Part shown: positions 20,235 through 30,325 of the stretch, piece after piece
Position numbering within the stretch: position 1 is the stretch's first letter
How the letters are laid out: each line of letters starts with the position of its first letter
Assembly: GCA_965248925.1 (NCBI GenBank)
Contig: CBDFLE010000005.1
Location: 256,001 to 320,000, forward strand
Source: Candidatus Multivoradales bacterium
GTDB lineage: Bacteria > Acidobacteriota > Thermoanaerobaculia > Multivoradales > J023
Length of the DNA stretch: 64,000 nucleotides
Direction of reading: 5' to 3'
Made by a program: the position numbers and the translations under genes
Notes under the pieces: generated by a model
What the model saw: only the letters and a program-made list of their open reading frames with translations
What the model was told of the DNA's origin: nothing
Databases searched by the model: none

Positions 20235-23200
20235 ATGCAGCTCAGAAGTCCGATCTTGAATATCGCTATCGCCCTCATCGCTTTCAACGCCCACGCCGCC
20301 CAAGCCGGCACCGCCTGCAGCGGCGTCCTCACTTACCTCGAACAAGGATTCTTCGCTGACCAACCCTCGAACTGCTCCACCGGCGCCCGCTGCTACACGC
20401 CGGTCATCTCCGGCGCCACCTTCACCCCCGAGGCTGGCTGCGACCCGGCGATCGAATCCTGCGCCATCACCATCGAAGTGCCGATCGACTTTTCCGGCAA
20501 CCACCAAAACGACCCCAGCGCGTCGGGCTTCCTCTACAGCTTCGCCACCGTCACGGTGACCCCCAGCGGCGGTGGCACCCTGGGCACCTGCGGTCTCTCG
20601 GGCGCGGTGATCGAGGAAGATCACGGCACCTTAAGCTGGGGCATCACCAGCTCGTGCAGCGACCTGATGGCCAGCTACACGATCACCGCCACCGCCTGCC
20701 CCTGCGTCGGCTTCTTGTGCCCCCATTGCCCGAAAGAAACGACCCGCGTCGTCGACTTCAGCCTGTCGCCCCTCTGCCCACCCCCACCCCCGCCCAGCGG
20801 CTGCCCGGAAGATGAATCGTGCCCCTCGTGCGTCGGTGGTGGCAGCGGAATAGGCGGCAGCGCCGGTGGTGGAGGCGGCGGCGCCTCGCCGCCGCAGAGC
20901 GGCCCCGGCGCCCTACTGCGCTACCACGCTGGCGGCGTCGGCCACCCGACCTACCCCGGCTCGGCCGGCATCACTGCGGAGCTGGGGCGCTATTGGGCCC
21001 ACGACTACGCCGAAAGAATCGCTCGCGACCCCGATGACAGCAACGTCTGGCTGCTCACTCGCTACGCCACCTTCCGCCGCTTTACCGGCCTAAACATGGA
21101 CGGGGACTACGACCGCACCATTCCCAGCGACGAATACCGCACTCTGACCAAGACCCCGACCGGCTGGACCCTGCTCGATCTAGACGGCACCCTGATGCAA
21201 TTCGACGACACCGGCCTATGGTCCTCGACCACCGACCGCAACGGCAACGCCAAGACCGCCACCCGCGATGGCACCGGCCGGCTGACCGCCGTCAGTTTCC
21301 CCGATGGCCGCTCGGAGACCTTCACCTACTCGGCGGGCGGCAGGCTGGACTCGATTACAGAAGTCGGCAGCGACGGAATCACCAGCCGCACCTGGGGTTA
21401 CACCTTCACCGGTCAAGACCTCACCCGCATCGACCGACCCGACGGCACCGCCTGGGTTTTCCTCTACGATGACCCAACCTTGCCGGGCTACATGACCCGA
21501 ATGAGTCTGGCGGGTATAGACGCTAGCGAGCGGATCGCGGGCTCCTGGGCCTATGATCCCTTCGGCAATGTAGTGCAAATGTGGAAAGGCGCAGCCAACT
21601 TCAACGATGCCGGCGCCGTCGATCGCTGGTCGATGAGCTTCGACGATCCCCAGCTGCCGATGGTCACCACGGTGACTGACCCAATGGGTGAGATCTCCAC
21701 CTACACCTTGGGCCGCGACTCCGAGAGCCGCAAGCCTCGTCTGGAGCAGCTCGAAGGCTCTTGCCCGAGCTGCGGCACCGGCCCCAACAGCCGGCTGTTC
21801 TATGAAGATCCGGCCCACCCCCTGCGCCCCACTCGCCAGATCGACGGCGGCGGCACCACGACGCTCACCACCTACGACGCCAACGGCCAAGCAATCTCCC
21901 GTGTCGAAGCTCTAGGCACGGCGGAGGAGCGCGAGACCACTTGGCAGCGCGACCTCACCTACCCGGCCCTGATAACCGAGATCGAGCGCCCCTCGACCAC
22001 TGGCAGCCCTCTCGATTTCCGCCGTACCACCTTCACCCTCAGTGGCCGAGGCAACGCCACCGACCGCATCGACGAAGGGGTAGAAGACGGCCAAGCCTTC
22101 AGCTACACCACCACGACCACCTACACCGCCGAGGGCCAGCCAGAAGATCGCGATCAACCCGGCTATGGCACCGCCGATGTCACCACCAGCGCCTGGGACG
22201 CTGCCCGTGGCGGCCTGGTGCTGGCCAGCCGCACCGATCCGCTGATCGGCAGCACCCTGTTCGGCTATGACCCATTCAACCGCCGAACTTCAGTCACCGA
22301 CCCCAACGGCGTAGCCAGCGAAACGCAGTACGACCCGCTCAATCGCGTTCTGTTCAGCCTCCAGAAAGGTGCGGTACCGGCCGAGGATTTGATCACCGAG
22401 CAGCGCTACACGGTCTTTGGCGACCTCTTCCAAACCGTACTGCCGCGCGGCAACGTGCTGGAGTATGCCTACGACCCCACAGGCCGCTTAGTGTCCATCG
22501 AACGCAAGCCCGATGACTTGCCGGGGAGCCACATCGAGCGCACCTTCTACACCCTCGATGGCTTTGGCCACCGGGTGCGCGAAGAGCTGCAAAGCTGGGA
22601 CGGCGCGAGCTGGACGAGTGCGTCGACTACCGACTACCTGTACTCGACCCGCTGCCATCTCGACCAGATGATCGAAGGCGCGGGCAGCCCCGAGCAGGCG
22701 ATCACCGAGTACGCCTACAACTGCGATGGCGACCTCGAACGCTTGTGGGACGCGAACCATCCATCGGCGGGCCAGACTGCTGCAGCCAGCACGGTCTACG
22801 GCTACGATCCACTCGACCGATTGACCACGGTCAGCCAGCCATTCGGTGGTGCGGCTGGAGGGCAGGCTGTGACGACCTACGGTTTTGACGTTCAGGATCA
22901 TCTGACCGCAGTCTCTGATGCCGAAGGCACAGTCACCAGCTATCTCTACAGCGATCGAGATCTGCTGACCGGCGAGACCTCCGAGGTATCTGGCGTGACA
23001 AGCCATTTGTACAATGAGCACGGCCGACTCACCCAGACCATCGACGCTCGCAGCATTGCCACTCAGCGCACTCTCGATGAGCTAGATCGGGTCACCCTGG
23101 TCGACTACCCCGACGACACCCTCGACGTGACCTACACCTACGATGATCCGCAGGTGCCCTTCAGTCTGGGCCGACTCACCCAGATCGAACGTGATGGCCA

Positions 23201-24965
23201 GCCGATCGACTACCAATTTGATCGCTTCGGCCGCATGACTCAAGACGGCGAGCTGACCTACGCCTTCGACGCCAACGGCAACCAGAGCGAGATCCTGTAT
23301 CCTGGTGGCGTGAGGGCTATCTACACATTCGATCACGCTGACCGTCACCTGACCCTCGATGCCGAGGTGCCAGGCCAAGGCATCCAATCGATTGTCACGG
23401 GAGCCTTCTACCAACCGATTGGCCCACTGCGCCAGCTGACGCGCGGCAATGGTGTCACCGAAAGCCGCCAGCACGATAGCCGTTACCGGCCCGCCAGCAT
23501 CACAGCGGTCGGCCCTGGCGGCACTTTGCTCGACTGGGACTACACCACCGATGGGGTCGGCAACATCACAGCCATCGGTGATCTGCTCGACCTGCTGAAC
23601 GACCGCACCTACGCCTACCAGGACTTCCAGTATGTCCTCACACAGGGCGACGGTCCGTGGGGCGCTCTGGCCTGGGACTACGACAAAATCGGTAATAGGC
23701 TCAGCGAAACCCGCGACGGCGCCACCGACATCTACCAGTACCTTGCCAACGCTGCCGCGGGCGGCAATACCGCGAAACTCGATCAGATTGCACTCGGTGC
23801 GGGTGGCAGTCGCGTCTACACCTTCGACTCAGCCGGCAACCAGACCGGCGTCGACGAGAATGGCGATCCGGTAGTGTACACCTATAATGATGCTGGGCGC
23901 CTCTCGGCACTCGACCATACTTCGGCGCAGGCTAGCTCCAGCCTACTCTATGATGGCCGCAGTTACCTTCGCATGGCAATAGGACGCGAGCGGGACTCTT
24001 CTGGAGATGCCCTGTTCTGCGATGGCTTTGAAACTGGCGACATCAGTGCCTGGGGCGATCCGGGAGCTAGCGACTGCGTCGCCCAGGCTGTGACTCAGGT
24101 CACCTACAGTTCTGGAGGTTTACTCCAGCGGCGGGTTGATGTCAGCGGCGCTGCCGAGATTCACTATTTCTCCGGACGTCCCGTGCTGCAGACTAGCGCT
24201 GGTGACCAGTCGCACCTCACCGTAGACCATCTGGGCACGCCAGTGCTGGCTTCGGGAGCCACAGGGTTGGCGATCTGGGGAGGTGGGTTCGAACCATTTG
24301 GCAATGACTACGCTGGCGCTGGAAGCCAAGGTGTTTTTCTGCGCTTGCCTGGTCAATGGCAGGATGCGGCTTGGGCAGTTGGTGAAGCTATTTTCTACAA
24401 CGCTTTTCGTTGGTATTCACCAGCAGGCGGTAGATACTCAAGGCTAGATCCGCTGGGAATCCGTAGAAACTCGGAAGCCAACGGGTTCTGGTATGCGGAT
24501 GCGCGCCCGCTTTTACTTACAGACGGTTTGGGGTTGCTGGCAGGCAAGCCCTCCTCTGCGGGAAACTCCGTTCCTTGCCCGCCTGGCTCACCGCCACCAC
24601 CCTGCGCTGGCTCGTGCAGTCCCTCGGAAATATCCGGCGCTCTCCAAACATCCCGCCGGGTGGGAAAGCAATTCTGCGACTTCAGAAATGAGCCAGTCCT
24701 TCCGCCGTGGGTCGAGCAACAGATAAGAGACGGAAAACTCTCTCAGGCCGGGAATATCGTTGGCGGACCTCGGTTCGTACCGTCAGGCGACGAATGCGTC
24801 GACTACTGTGTTTGCCAACATGAGCGCAAGCATCAGATGCAGCTACGGGAGCCTCGAGTCGAGCGCATGCTCGAAGAAAAGGTTCCGACAACTCAGATTG
24901 TAAATCTTCTAGAGTGCGAGGCATACGGCGTCGGCTCGGACTGCCTCTCGAGTCTACTTCCATGA
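20235..24965 (+). CDS. Full-length Rhs/YD-repeat polymorphic toxin with signal peptide and HExxH C-terminal tip
   Basis: Sec signal (IAIALIAFNAHAAQA), Cys-rich N-domain, YD repeats, DHLGTP, LRLPGQW, YNAFRWY..GRYSRLDPLG..DGLGL; tip HERKH..ECEAY. Confidence 0.95.
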   Translation: MQLRSPILNIAIALIAFNAHAAQAGTACSGVLTYLEQGFFADQPSNCSTGARCYTPVISGATFTPEAGCDPAIESCAITIEVPIDFSGNHQNDPSASGFLYSFATVTVTPSGGGTLGTCGLSGAVIEEDHGTLSWGITSSCSDLMASYTITATACPCVGFLCPHCPKETTRVVDFSLSPLCPPPPPPSGCPEDESCPSCVGGGSGIGGSAGGGGGGASPPQSGPGALLRYHAGGVGHPTYPGSAGITAELGRYWAHDYAERIARDPDDSNVWLLTRYATFRRFTGLNMDGDYDRTIPSDEYRTLTKTPTGWTLLDLDGTLMQFDDTGLWSSTTDRNGNAKTATRDGTGRLTAVSFPDGRSETFTYSAGGRLDSITEVGSDGITSRTWGYTFTGQDLTRIDRPDGTAWVFLYDDPTLPGYMTRMSLAGIDASERIAGSWAYDPFGNVVQMWKGAANFNDAGAVDRWSMSFDDPQLPMVTTVTDPMGEISTYTLGRDSESRKPRLEQLEGSCPSCGTGPNSRLFYEDPAHPLRPTRQIDGGGTTTLTTYDANGQAISRVEALGTAEERETTWQRDLTYPALITEIERPSTTGSPLDFRRTTFTLSGRGNATDRIDEGVEDGQAFSYTTTTTYTAEGQPEDRDQPGYGTADVTTSAWDAARGGLVLASRTDPLIGSTLFGYDPFNRRTSVTDPNGVASETQYDPLNRVLFSLQKGAVPAEDLITEQRYTVFGDLFQTVLPRGNVLEYAYDPTGRLVSIERKPDDLPGSHIERTFYTLDGFGHRVREELQSWDGASWTSASTTDYLYSTRCHLDQMIEGAGSPEQAITEYAYNCDGDLERLWDANHPSAGQTAAASTVYGYDPLDRLTTVSQPFGGAAGGQAVTTYGFDVQDHLTAVSDAEGTVTSYLYSDRDLLTGETSEVSGVTSHLYNEHGRLTQTIDARSIATQRTLDELDRVTLVDYPDDTLDVTYTYDDPQVPFSLGRLTQIERDGQPIDYQFDRFGRMTQDGELTYAFDANGNQSEILYPGGVRAIYTFDHADRHLTLDAEVPGQGIQSIVTGAFYQPIGPLRQLTRGNGVTESRQHDSRYRPASITAVGPGGTLLDWDYTTDGVGNITAIGDLLDLLNDRTYAYQDFQYVLTQGDGPWGALAWDYDKIGNRLSETRDGATDIYQYLANAAAGGNTAKLDQIALGAGGSRVYTFDSAGNQTGVDENGDPVVYTYNDAGRLSALDHTSAQASSSLLYDGRSYLRMAIGRERDSSGDALFCDGFETGDISAWGDPGASDCVAQAVTQVTYSSGGLLQRRVDVSGAAEIHYFSGRPVLQTSAGDQSHLTVDHLGTPVLASGATGLAIWGGGFEPFGNDYAGAGSQGVFLRLPGQWQDAAWAVGEAIFYNAFRWYSPAGGRYSRLDPLGIRRNSEANGFWYADARPLLLTDGLGLLAGKPSSAGNSVPCPPGSPPPPCAGSCSPSEISGALQTSRRVGKQFCDFRNEPVLPPWVEQQIRDGKLSQAGNIVGGPRFVPSGDECVDYCVCQHERKHQMQLREPRVERMLEEKVPTTQIVNLLECEAYGVGSDCLSSLLP
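21425..24420 (+). repeat. ~3 kb Rhs core repeat, copy 1 (copy 2 at ~47382-50375)
   Basis: Near-identical DNA at offset 25957. Confidence 0.95.
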
Positions 24966-25402
24966 CCACTTACCCTGATGTCGTCCCGACCAGGCTCCTA
25001 GCACTCATTCTAATTTGCATGCTGTGCTGCGGGTGCAGAAGTCTTGATTCAACACAATCTGCCCAAGCTCCAGACGGCAACGAAGAGTCGCTTGTCCTTC
25101 CTGTGTCTGTATCCCCTTTAGTAATCAGCTTGACGCCTCTCGTTGATGTTTCATTCCGTGCATCCATAGGAGGGGAAAAGCAGAGATTATTAGATCTCTC
25201 AGAGCGAGACCTGGCGACCATCTCGCGCTTGATCGCTGAAGACGCTGCGGAGATTGGTCTTGGAATGTTTGTTGAGAACTATGTGAGTAGCCTTCAGGAG
25301 AGTATAGTGGACTCTATAAACCTCGAATTTGCCGAGGACGTTGTAGAGGACGTAATAATATATGAGGTGGCCTGGGTCGAGTATTACTTAGATCCCGATT
25401 GA
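24962..25402 (+). CDS. Putative cognate immunity lipoprotein for the Rhs1 tip
   Basis: ATGA overlap with the Rhs stop; lipobox-like LCCGC; lower GC. Confidence 0.65.
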   Translation: MTTYPDVVPTRLLALILICMLCCGCRSLDSTQSAQAPDGNEESLVLPVSVSPLVISLTPLVDVSFRASIGGEKQRLLDLSERDLATISRLIAEDAAEIGLGMFVENYVSSLQESIVDSINLEFAEDVVEDVIIYEVAWVEYYLDPD

Positions 25403-25427
25403 ATCCCCAATCGTCATTGCTGGCAAC

Positions 25428-26930
25428 TAGCAGCCCGTGGCAGAAGTCCGTTTCTACAAAATGTGGCCTAAATTGAGGCCAGCCGGCGCAGGTGGTCTGA
25501 TCGAAGATCTTAGTGGCCAATATCCGCTCTCGTGCGGCAGAAGCCAGCTCAGCAAGCTACATACGGCGCGAAAGCCCTGTTCGAGAGCCGAAAGAAAGCC
25601 CTGAAGGGCCCGTGGAGTGCCGGCTCCATACATTTGACGAAGCAGCAGCCCAAGATTGAATCCCGCGATGTGAATCAGCAACCTTTTGCGGATGTTGTCG
25701 TGACCTCGAAGGTGGGTCCTTCTCATACCGCCAGTCTCGTAGCAATGGGCAAAGGTGCGTTCTACTTTCTCTCCTCGACGCCGCGACAGCTCGCGGCCTC
25801 GACGACCCTTGATCCGTCGACGGTTGGCATACACCGCTTGCTTCTCCGCCTCTTTGCCGCACCAGTTGCGTCGGCCTCGATCCGGTTCCGAAATATAGGT
25901 TCGAATCTTCCCTTGACGCTGTGCCTTCATGACCGCGTTACTGTGATAGCCCTTGTCAGCCACCAGCTCTGAACGGACTTTCTCGCTCAAGTGATCGCCA
26001 GCCTCCGAATCCTCAACGACATCTTCCAGCACCGCAGCGACTTCATCCAACGTCCGCTCTAGGCTCGACGTGTCCCCTCGGTCTGCAGGTTGCACCGTCA
26101 CCGCCACAACCGCACCCGTCTCCATATCCACCGCATGCTCGGCTTTGTGCGCCAGATGCGTCCGCCCATCCTTCATTCGCGTGACTTTGGCGTCGGGATC
26201 GTGGGGGTTCTTCCAGTCGCCGTTCGACGTCTTTTTGTTCTTCCTTTGGCGGTCAAAACGCGCCAGATCCGCTCGCGTCGGGGTCTCCACACCCGAAGCC
26301 TCGGCCAGGCGCGTGAGAAACTCTTCGTAGCTCTCGCCCGAGTCTCGACGCACGATGCTGCGCATCGCCGCGTTCGCCTCGAGGGTCGTCGCATCGATGC
26401 CCAGCGTCTTTCCCCGGAGCAAGCCAGCCTTCGCCAGTACTTGCAAAGCCCAAGCAAACACCGCCTCATGGGTCTCGAGATCGATCAGGCGACGGGTCCG
26501 AGAGAGCGTCGAATGGTCCGGGGTCTGGTCCGAGAGTTCGAAGCCCAGAAAGTCGCGCAGAGTCATCGAATCCGCAAGCCGCCATGCGATACCTCGCTCA
26601 GAGTCGATACCCTCGAAGAAGCCGATCAACAGCAACCGAAAATACACCGCGGGCGCCAGCGAAGGCCGTCCCATCCTCGTAGCGTAAAACCTCGCGCACT
26701 GCTCCTCGATAAAGCGATCGAAACCGTGCTTGTCGAGAATCTTGGACAGACGCTCGTAGAAAGGATGTCCTGGGGACTTGGCCAGCGCCTGGGTTTCCAC
26801 CCAGAGCTGCCGCTGTCTTCGTTTGCTTCGCCTGCCCATCGCCATGGTCGCTACCTCCCTCGGGTGGAAAGATTCTACCAGGGAAGATCGCCAAGACGGC
26901 CGTAATCGGGACTTTCACCACGGGCTGCTA
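25428..26930 (-). mobile_element. IS1182/IS5-type insertion sequence
   Basis: Terminal IRs TAGCAGCCCGTGGcagAAGTCC / GGACTTtcaCCACGGGCTGCTA in CTAG/CTAA context. Confidence 0.88.
25454..26845 (-). CDS. DDE transposase (DUF772 + DDE, IS1182-like)
   Basis: GRPSLAP, TPDHSTLSRTR, GIDATTLEANA, VADKGYHS, VERTFAH. Confidence 0.92.
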   Translation of the reverse strand: MAMGRRSKRRQRQLWVETQALAKSPGHPFYERLSKILDKHGFDRFIEEQCARFYATRMGRPSLAPAVYFRLLLIGFFEGIDSERGIAWRLADSMTLRDFLGFELSDQTPDHSTLSRTRRLIDLETHEAVFAWALQVLAKAGLLRGKTLGIDATTLEANAAMRSIVRRDSGESYEEFLTRLAEASGVETPTRADLARFDRQRKNKKTSNGDWKNPHDPDAKVTRMKDGRTHLAHKAEHAVDMETGAVVAVTVQPADRGDTSSLERTLDEVAAVLEDVVEDSEAGDHLSEKVRSELVADKGYHSNAVMKAQRQGKIRTYISEPDRGRRNWCGKEAEKQAVYANRRRIKGRRGRELSRRRGEKVERTFAHCYETGGMRRTHLRGHDNIRKRLLIHIAGFNLGLLLRQMYGAGTPRALQGFLSALEQGFRAVCSLLSWLLPHESGYWPLRSSIRPPAPAGLNLGHIL

Positions 26931-27335
26931 AGGCAAGAAGTTCCCACGAATGAAGTAATTGGCTACTTGGCACTCGTCATCTTCATATTTGGCCCTCCGT
27001 TCTTTCTACTTGAAGAAGACTCTAAAGAAGGAATGATGTTTCTGCTCGGTGATAACCCCTTGCGAAATTTTCATCTACTTTCAGCAGTTGGAGGTGCCAT
27101 ATGTGGCGTTTCTTTCGGAAGAGAAATGAAGTTCATGGGATTTGTCTCAGGGATTGTTTCGTCTCTCGGGGGGGCAGTGTTATTTTGGTATTATGCCTTT
27201 CATTCACCAGTTATAGAATTTCTTTTTCCGGCTGATATAGCGGTGCTGATAGGTCTCGGCAGTATACCAGGTTTTGCTCTCTATCTTGCAGCCACGGTGG
27301 CAAGAAGCCACTTTGCAAGACCAAGATCTCGCTAG
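26931..27335 (+). pseudogene. Small multi-TM protein, 5' end cut by the IS (candidate orphan immunity gene)
   Basis: Low-GC hydrophobic ORF with no start outside the IS end. Confidence 0.45.
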
Positions 27336-27421
27336 AAATCTCAATGAACGTAAGGCGGCAGCCTTCGTGGGTGTAGTTCATGAAGCAAGAAACTACAAAT
27401 CACGCACAGAGGGTCGCCGAT

Positions 27422-27980
27422 ATGACGCTTACCAGAGAACAGGTACAGTGCCGAACCAGAATTCTTGCCCTGCTTCAGTTCGCTGATCAGAAGCTCACCT
27501 CGTTCTCGGGATTCATTCTCTTTCAGGGCTTGTTTCAGAAGTTTTACCTCCGGAGTCGACTCCGCGCTTGTTTACGCCATGTCGAAGCGAAATCCACCTG
27601 CGATCGAGCTCCCTTGGTTCTTGGCCTGATCGTGCATTTTTGTTGAAATATAGGAAGTTGTGCGACATTGCCTTCTACCGTGAGGACCGCATGGTGCTTC
27701 GCTTGCTGGGGCTCAGCCGGTTGCCCGATGTTGCCACTCTCAGCAGTGCTCTGGCGCAGATTGATTCGCGGGCACTCGATCGCCTGCGTGAGCGGTCCCG
27801 AGATCTCGTCCAGCTACGCCTGGCTTGGCTGCTACCTCTCAGGATCACTTTGGACTTCGATGGCTCGGTTCAAGGAACCAGCCGCCACGCCAAAGGTGCG
27901 GCGGTCGGCTACAACCGCTGTAAGAAAGGCCAGAGAAGCTACTACCCGCTATTCTGCACTGTTGCCCAGACTGGCCAGGT
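27422..27980 (+). pseudogene. IS1380-family transposase fragment (frameshifted, truncated)
   Basis: QKLTSFSG..LF, LPDVATLS, ITLDFDGSV, GYN..KKGQRSYYPL split over frames. Confidence 0.8.
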
Positions 27981-28135
27981 TGAGGTGCTCCCCATGGTTG
28001 TACCACGGCCAATGAGAATTTTGACACACTCTCATTTCTTCCTTGGTCATTGCACCAGCGAACTCAGCCGGCGGTAGGTTCCCCAACGAACTGTGGGGAC
28101 GTACGTGGTTGTAGTCCAGTCGCCAGTGCTCGATC
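27981..28135 (-). mobile_element. IS3-family 3' end remnant with terminal IR
   Basis: IEHWRLDYNHVRPHSSLGNLPPAEF followed by end ..GGGGAGCACCTCA. Confidence 0.8.
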
Positions 28136-28342
28136 TTGCGGGCGATCCGGTCTACTGCGCGGAGGAGAATCGAGTGCTCGCCATCAGCCCGAGCCTGGGT
28201 GAGAACCTCCAGACAAGCTGCGTTGATCGCCTTCAGCTGCTGCATGACGTCGATGGCATGGCGGTCCTTCTCGACCTCGCGCCCTTCCTGATGCAAGACC
28301 CTTTGAGTTGACTCCGGGATCCCTGGTCGGTCACTATCTGGC

Positions 28343-28762
28343 ATGACCTCACAATCTGCACCCCACCTTGCTCGAGAACGAGTCGCGAAACCAGCTATTC
28401 TCCTGATCGTTGTTAGCTCGCTTTTCCTACTCGTAGGCGGGGTGAGTCTTGTCTTCAGCGCTTGGTTGTTGCTCAGCGGGACCGCCTCACAGATGATTCA
28501 GCCCGCGCCCTTCAGCAAAGAATCGCAAATCGCAGTTCGGATGATCTGGACTCTACTGATGCTGGCTTCCAACGTCGTTATTCTGGTGGGCGCCTTTCGA
28601 ATGAGAAATCTGCAGAGTTGGCGACTTAGCAGAGTTTCCTGCGGACTGGCCTTGATTCCCTGTTTCGGACCTTGCTTCGTTCTAGGAATCCCATTTGGCA
28701 TCTGGGGGCTTGTGGTGCTGGCCGACCCCGATGTTCGTTCGGCTTTCGAGGCAGACCGGTAG
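28343..28762 (+). CDS. Small integral membrane protein
   Basis: 3-4 TM segments; C-terminal GIPFGIWGLVVL..PDVRSAF. Confidence 0.7.
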   Translation: MTSQSAPHLARERVAKPAILLIVVSSLFLLVGGVSLVFSAWLLLSGTASQMIQPAPFSKESQIAVRMIWTLLMLASNVVILVGAFRMRNLQSWRLSRVSCGLALIPCFGPCFVLGIPFGIWGLVVLADPDVRSAFEADR

Positions 28763-28841
28763 TTGCGGGTTTGGCGAAACTGAGCCAACCGGGATCGGTA
28801 GCAACCTCGAATGGACCGCGCAATCTGGATGCGGTCGAAGG

Positions 28842-30005
28842 TCACTTGGCTAGCGAATTCACTAGCTTGGCCCCAATCGTCTCCGCTGCCCGCCGCACCG
28901 GATCATCCGCCAGATGCGCATAGCGCTGCGTGGTCAGGATCTTCCGATGCCCGAGCAGCTGACCGACCACCGCTAGAGTATGCCCGGTGTTGACGCCACA
29001 GCTCGCAAAAGTGTGCCGGAGATCGTGGATTCGAACATCCTCGATTCCGGCCTCTTTCCGAATCCGAATCCAGACGTTCTGCAGCGTGGCCCGGTGGCTG
29101 CCGGGTTTGCTGCCAGGGATGACGTGGGGATTGTCTGGCAGGCGCTCCAGACTCTGAAGAATCCCTAGAGCGCCCTCGTTGAGCACTACAGTACGCTTGC
29201 CGGTCTTCGAGTCGGCGAGGTGCAGGGAGCGGCGCTCGAAGTCGACCTCGGACCATCGGAGCGTCAGGATCTCGGCGCTTCGGCAGCCGGTGAGGATGAG
29301 GAGCCTGATGGCGGCGATGGCGTGGGGTGAGGTGCCCCAGGTTTCCTCGGCTTGTGCGAGCATTTTGCCGAGTCGGTGTAGTTCGGATTCGGACAGATAG
29401 CGCTCGCGCGACTCCTCCTTGTACCGCTTGACGTGCCGGCAAGGATTCGACCCGTCTGTCCGCCAGCCCCAGACTTCTGCGAGGTTGAATGCCTTCCCCA
29501 GGAGAGTACGAGCTTTGTTGGCCAGCGCTGGCGTCTCTGCCATGCCGGCGATCAGCTTCGAGATCTCCCCGCGAGTCACATCGGCGACCTTCCGTCGCCC
29601 GAGGTTGGGAAGGATGCGGCCTTCCCAGAGCTGTCGGTCTCTGAGGGCGCCTCTCGGTTTCTTGTGGATCGCCGCGTGCTCCTTGAGGTGCCTCTCGGCG
29701 AGATCGGTGACAGTCGGCGCGTGGCGATCCTCTCGACGACTCGTTGAAGGACCCTCGCCCTTCCGAACCTGTGCGAAGACCTGCTGAGCTTCGTCGCGAG
29801 CCTGCTGAACGGTCATCTGGCCGTAGCGGCCGAGGGTGAAGAATCGCCGCCGTCCCTTGCTCCAGTAGCTGACCACGAATGACTTGGCGCCGGTCGGGTA
29901 GATCCGCAGGCCGAAGGCTGGCATCAGATCATCCCAGAGGTAGCAGCCGCCGGGACCCTGGTAGGTGGCGAGATCGTCGGCCCGTTTGTTGATCCGGACC
30001 TTCAT
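28842..30005 (-). CDS. Tyrosine recombinase/phage integrase with N-terminal arm-binding domain
   Basis: LWD..PAFGLRI..TGAKSF arm domain; TGCRSAEI, SKTG, HDLRHTF, LLGH, TQRYAH; RBS GGAGG. Confidence 0.95.
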   Translation of the reverse strand: MKVRINKRADDLATYQGPGGCYLWDDLMPAFGLRIYPTGAKSFVVSYWSKGRRRFFTLGRYGQMTVQQARDEAQQVFAQVRKGEGPSTSRREDRHAPTVTDLAERHLKEHAAIHKKPRGALRDRQLWEGRILPNLGRRKVADVTRGEISKLIAGMAETPALANKARTLLGKAFNLAEVWGWRTDGSNPCRHVKRYKEESRERYLSESELHRLGKMLAQAEETWGTSPHAIAAIRLLILTGCRSAEILTLRWSEVDFERRSLHLADSKTGKRTVVLNEGALGILQSLERLPDNPHVIPGSKPGSHRATLQNVWIRIRKEAGIEDVRIHDLRHTFASCGVNTGHTLAVVGQLLGHRKILTTQRYAHLADDPVRRAAETIGAKLVNSLAK

Positions 30006-30063
30006 GGCCGGCCTCCCAGGTGGCCCTTGCCAGGGCACCCACGTTTGGGTTCCCAGGGGCTTT

Positions 30064-30325
30064 GAGCAACCGTGGAGCAACCAACTGAACGAGTATTGTG
30101 GCGTAGACCAGCGTTCACCATGTACCTACCCTAAATGGGTAAGCCCTTGAATGTCAACGCTTTAGCGTAGTCTGGAGTGCAGCGGCGTAGGACCGCGTAA
30201 ACCAGCGGTGGTTCCGGGACAGGGACCTAAGCAGAGGAGAAGGTGTTTCTGTAACGTATTGATTTCAAATAGTTTATTTACCTCTCGGTAGTGAGCGCTT
30301 AAGTGTGAGCAACCCATGAGCAACC
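30064..30325. promoter_or_regulatory. att-like region: two pairs of GAGCAACC arm-type repeats and IHF-like sites
   Basis: GAGCAACC at 30064, 30075, 30307, 30318; TAACGTATTGATT (30252-30264) matches the IHF consensus YAAnnnnTTGATW. Confidence 0.6.

Noticed and set aside
20235-21000. T6SS-delivered Rhs (PAAR/VgrG)
   Set aside because: No PAAR motif, Eag chaperone or VgrG is seen; the N-terminus is a Sec-type signal peptide.
28136-28320. Intact gene (27949-28344 ORF)
   Set aside because: A chimera of an unidentified, possibly phage-like helical fragment fused to the IS3 remnant; not a credible functional CDS.
30150-30260. tRNA gene next to the integrase
   Set aside because: No cloverleaf or T-loop (GTTCGA) can be built; at most a short att-core-like fragment.
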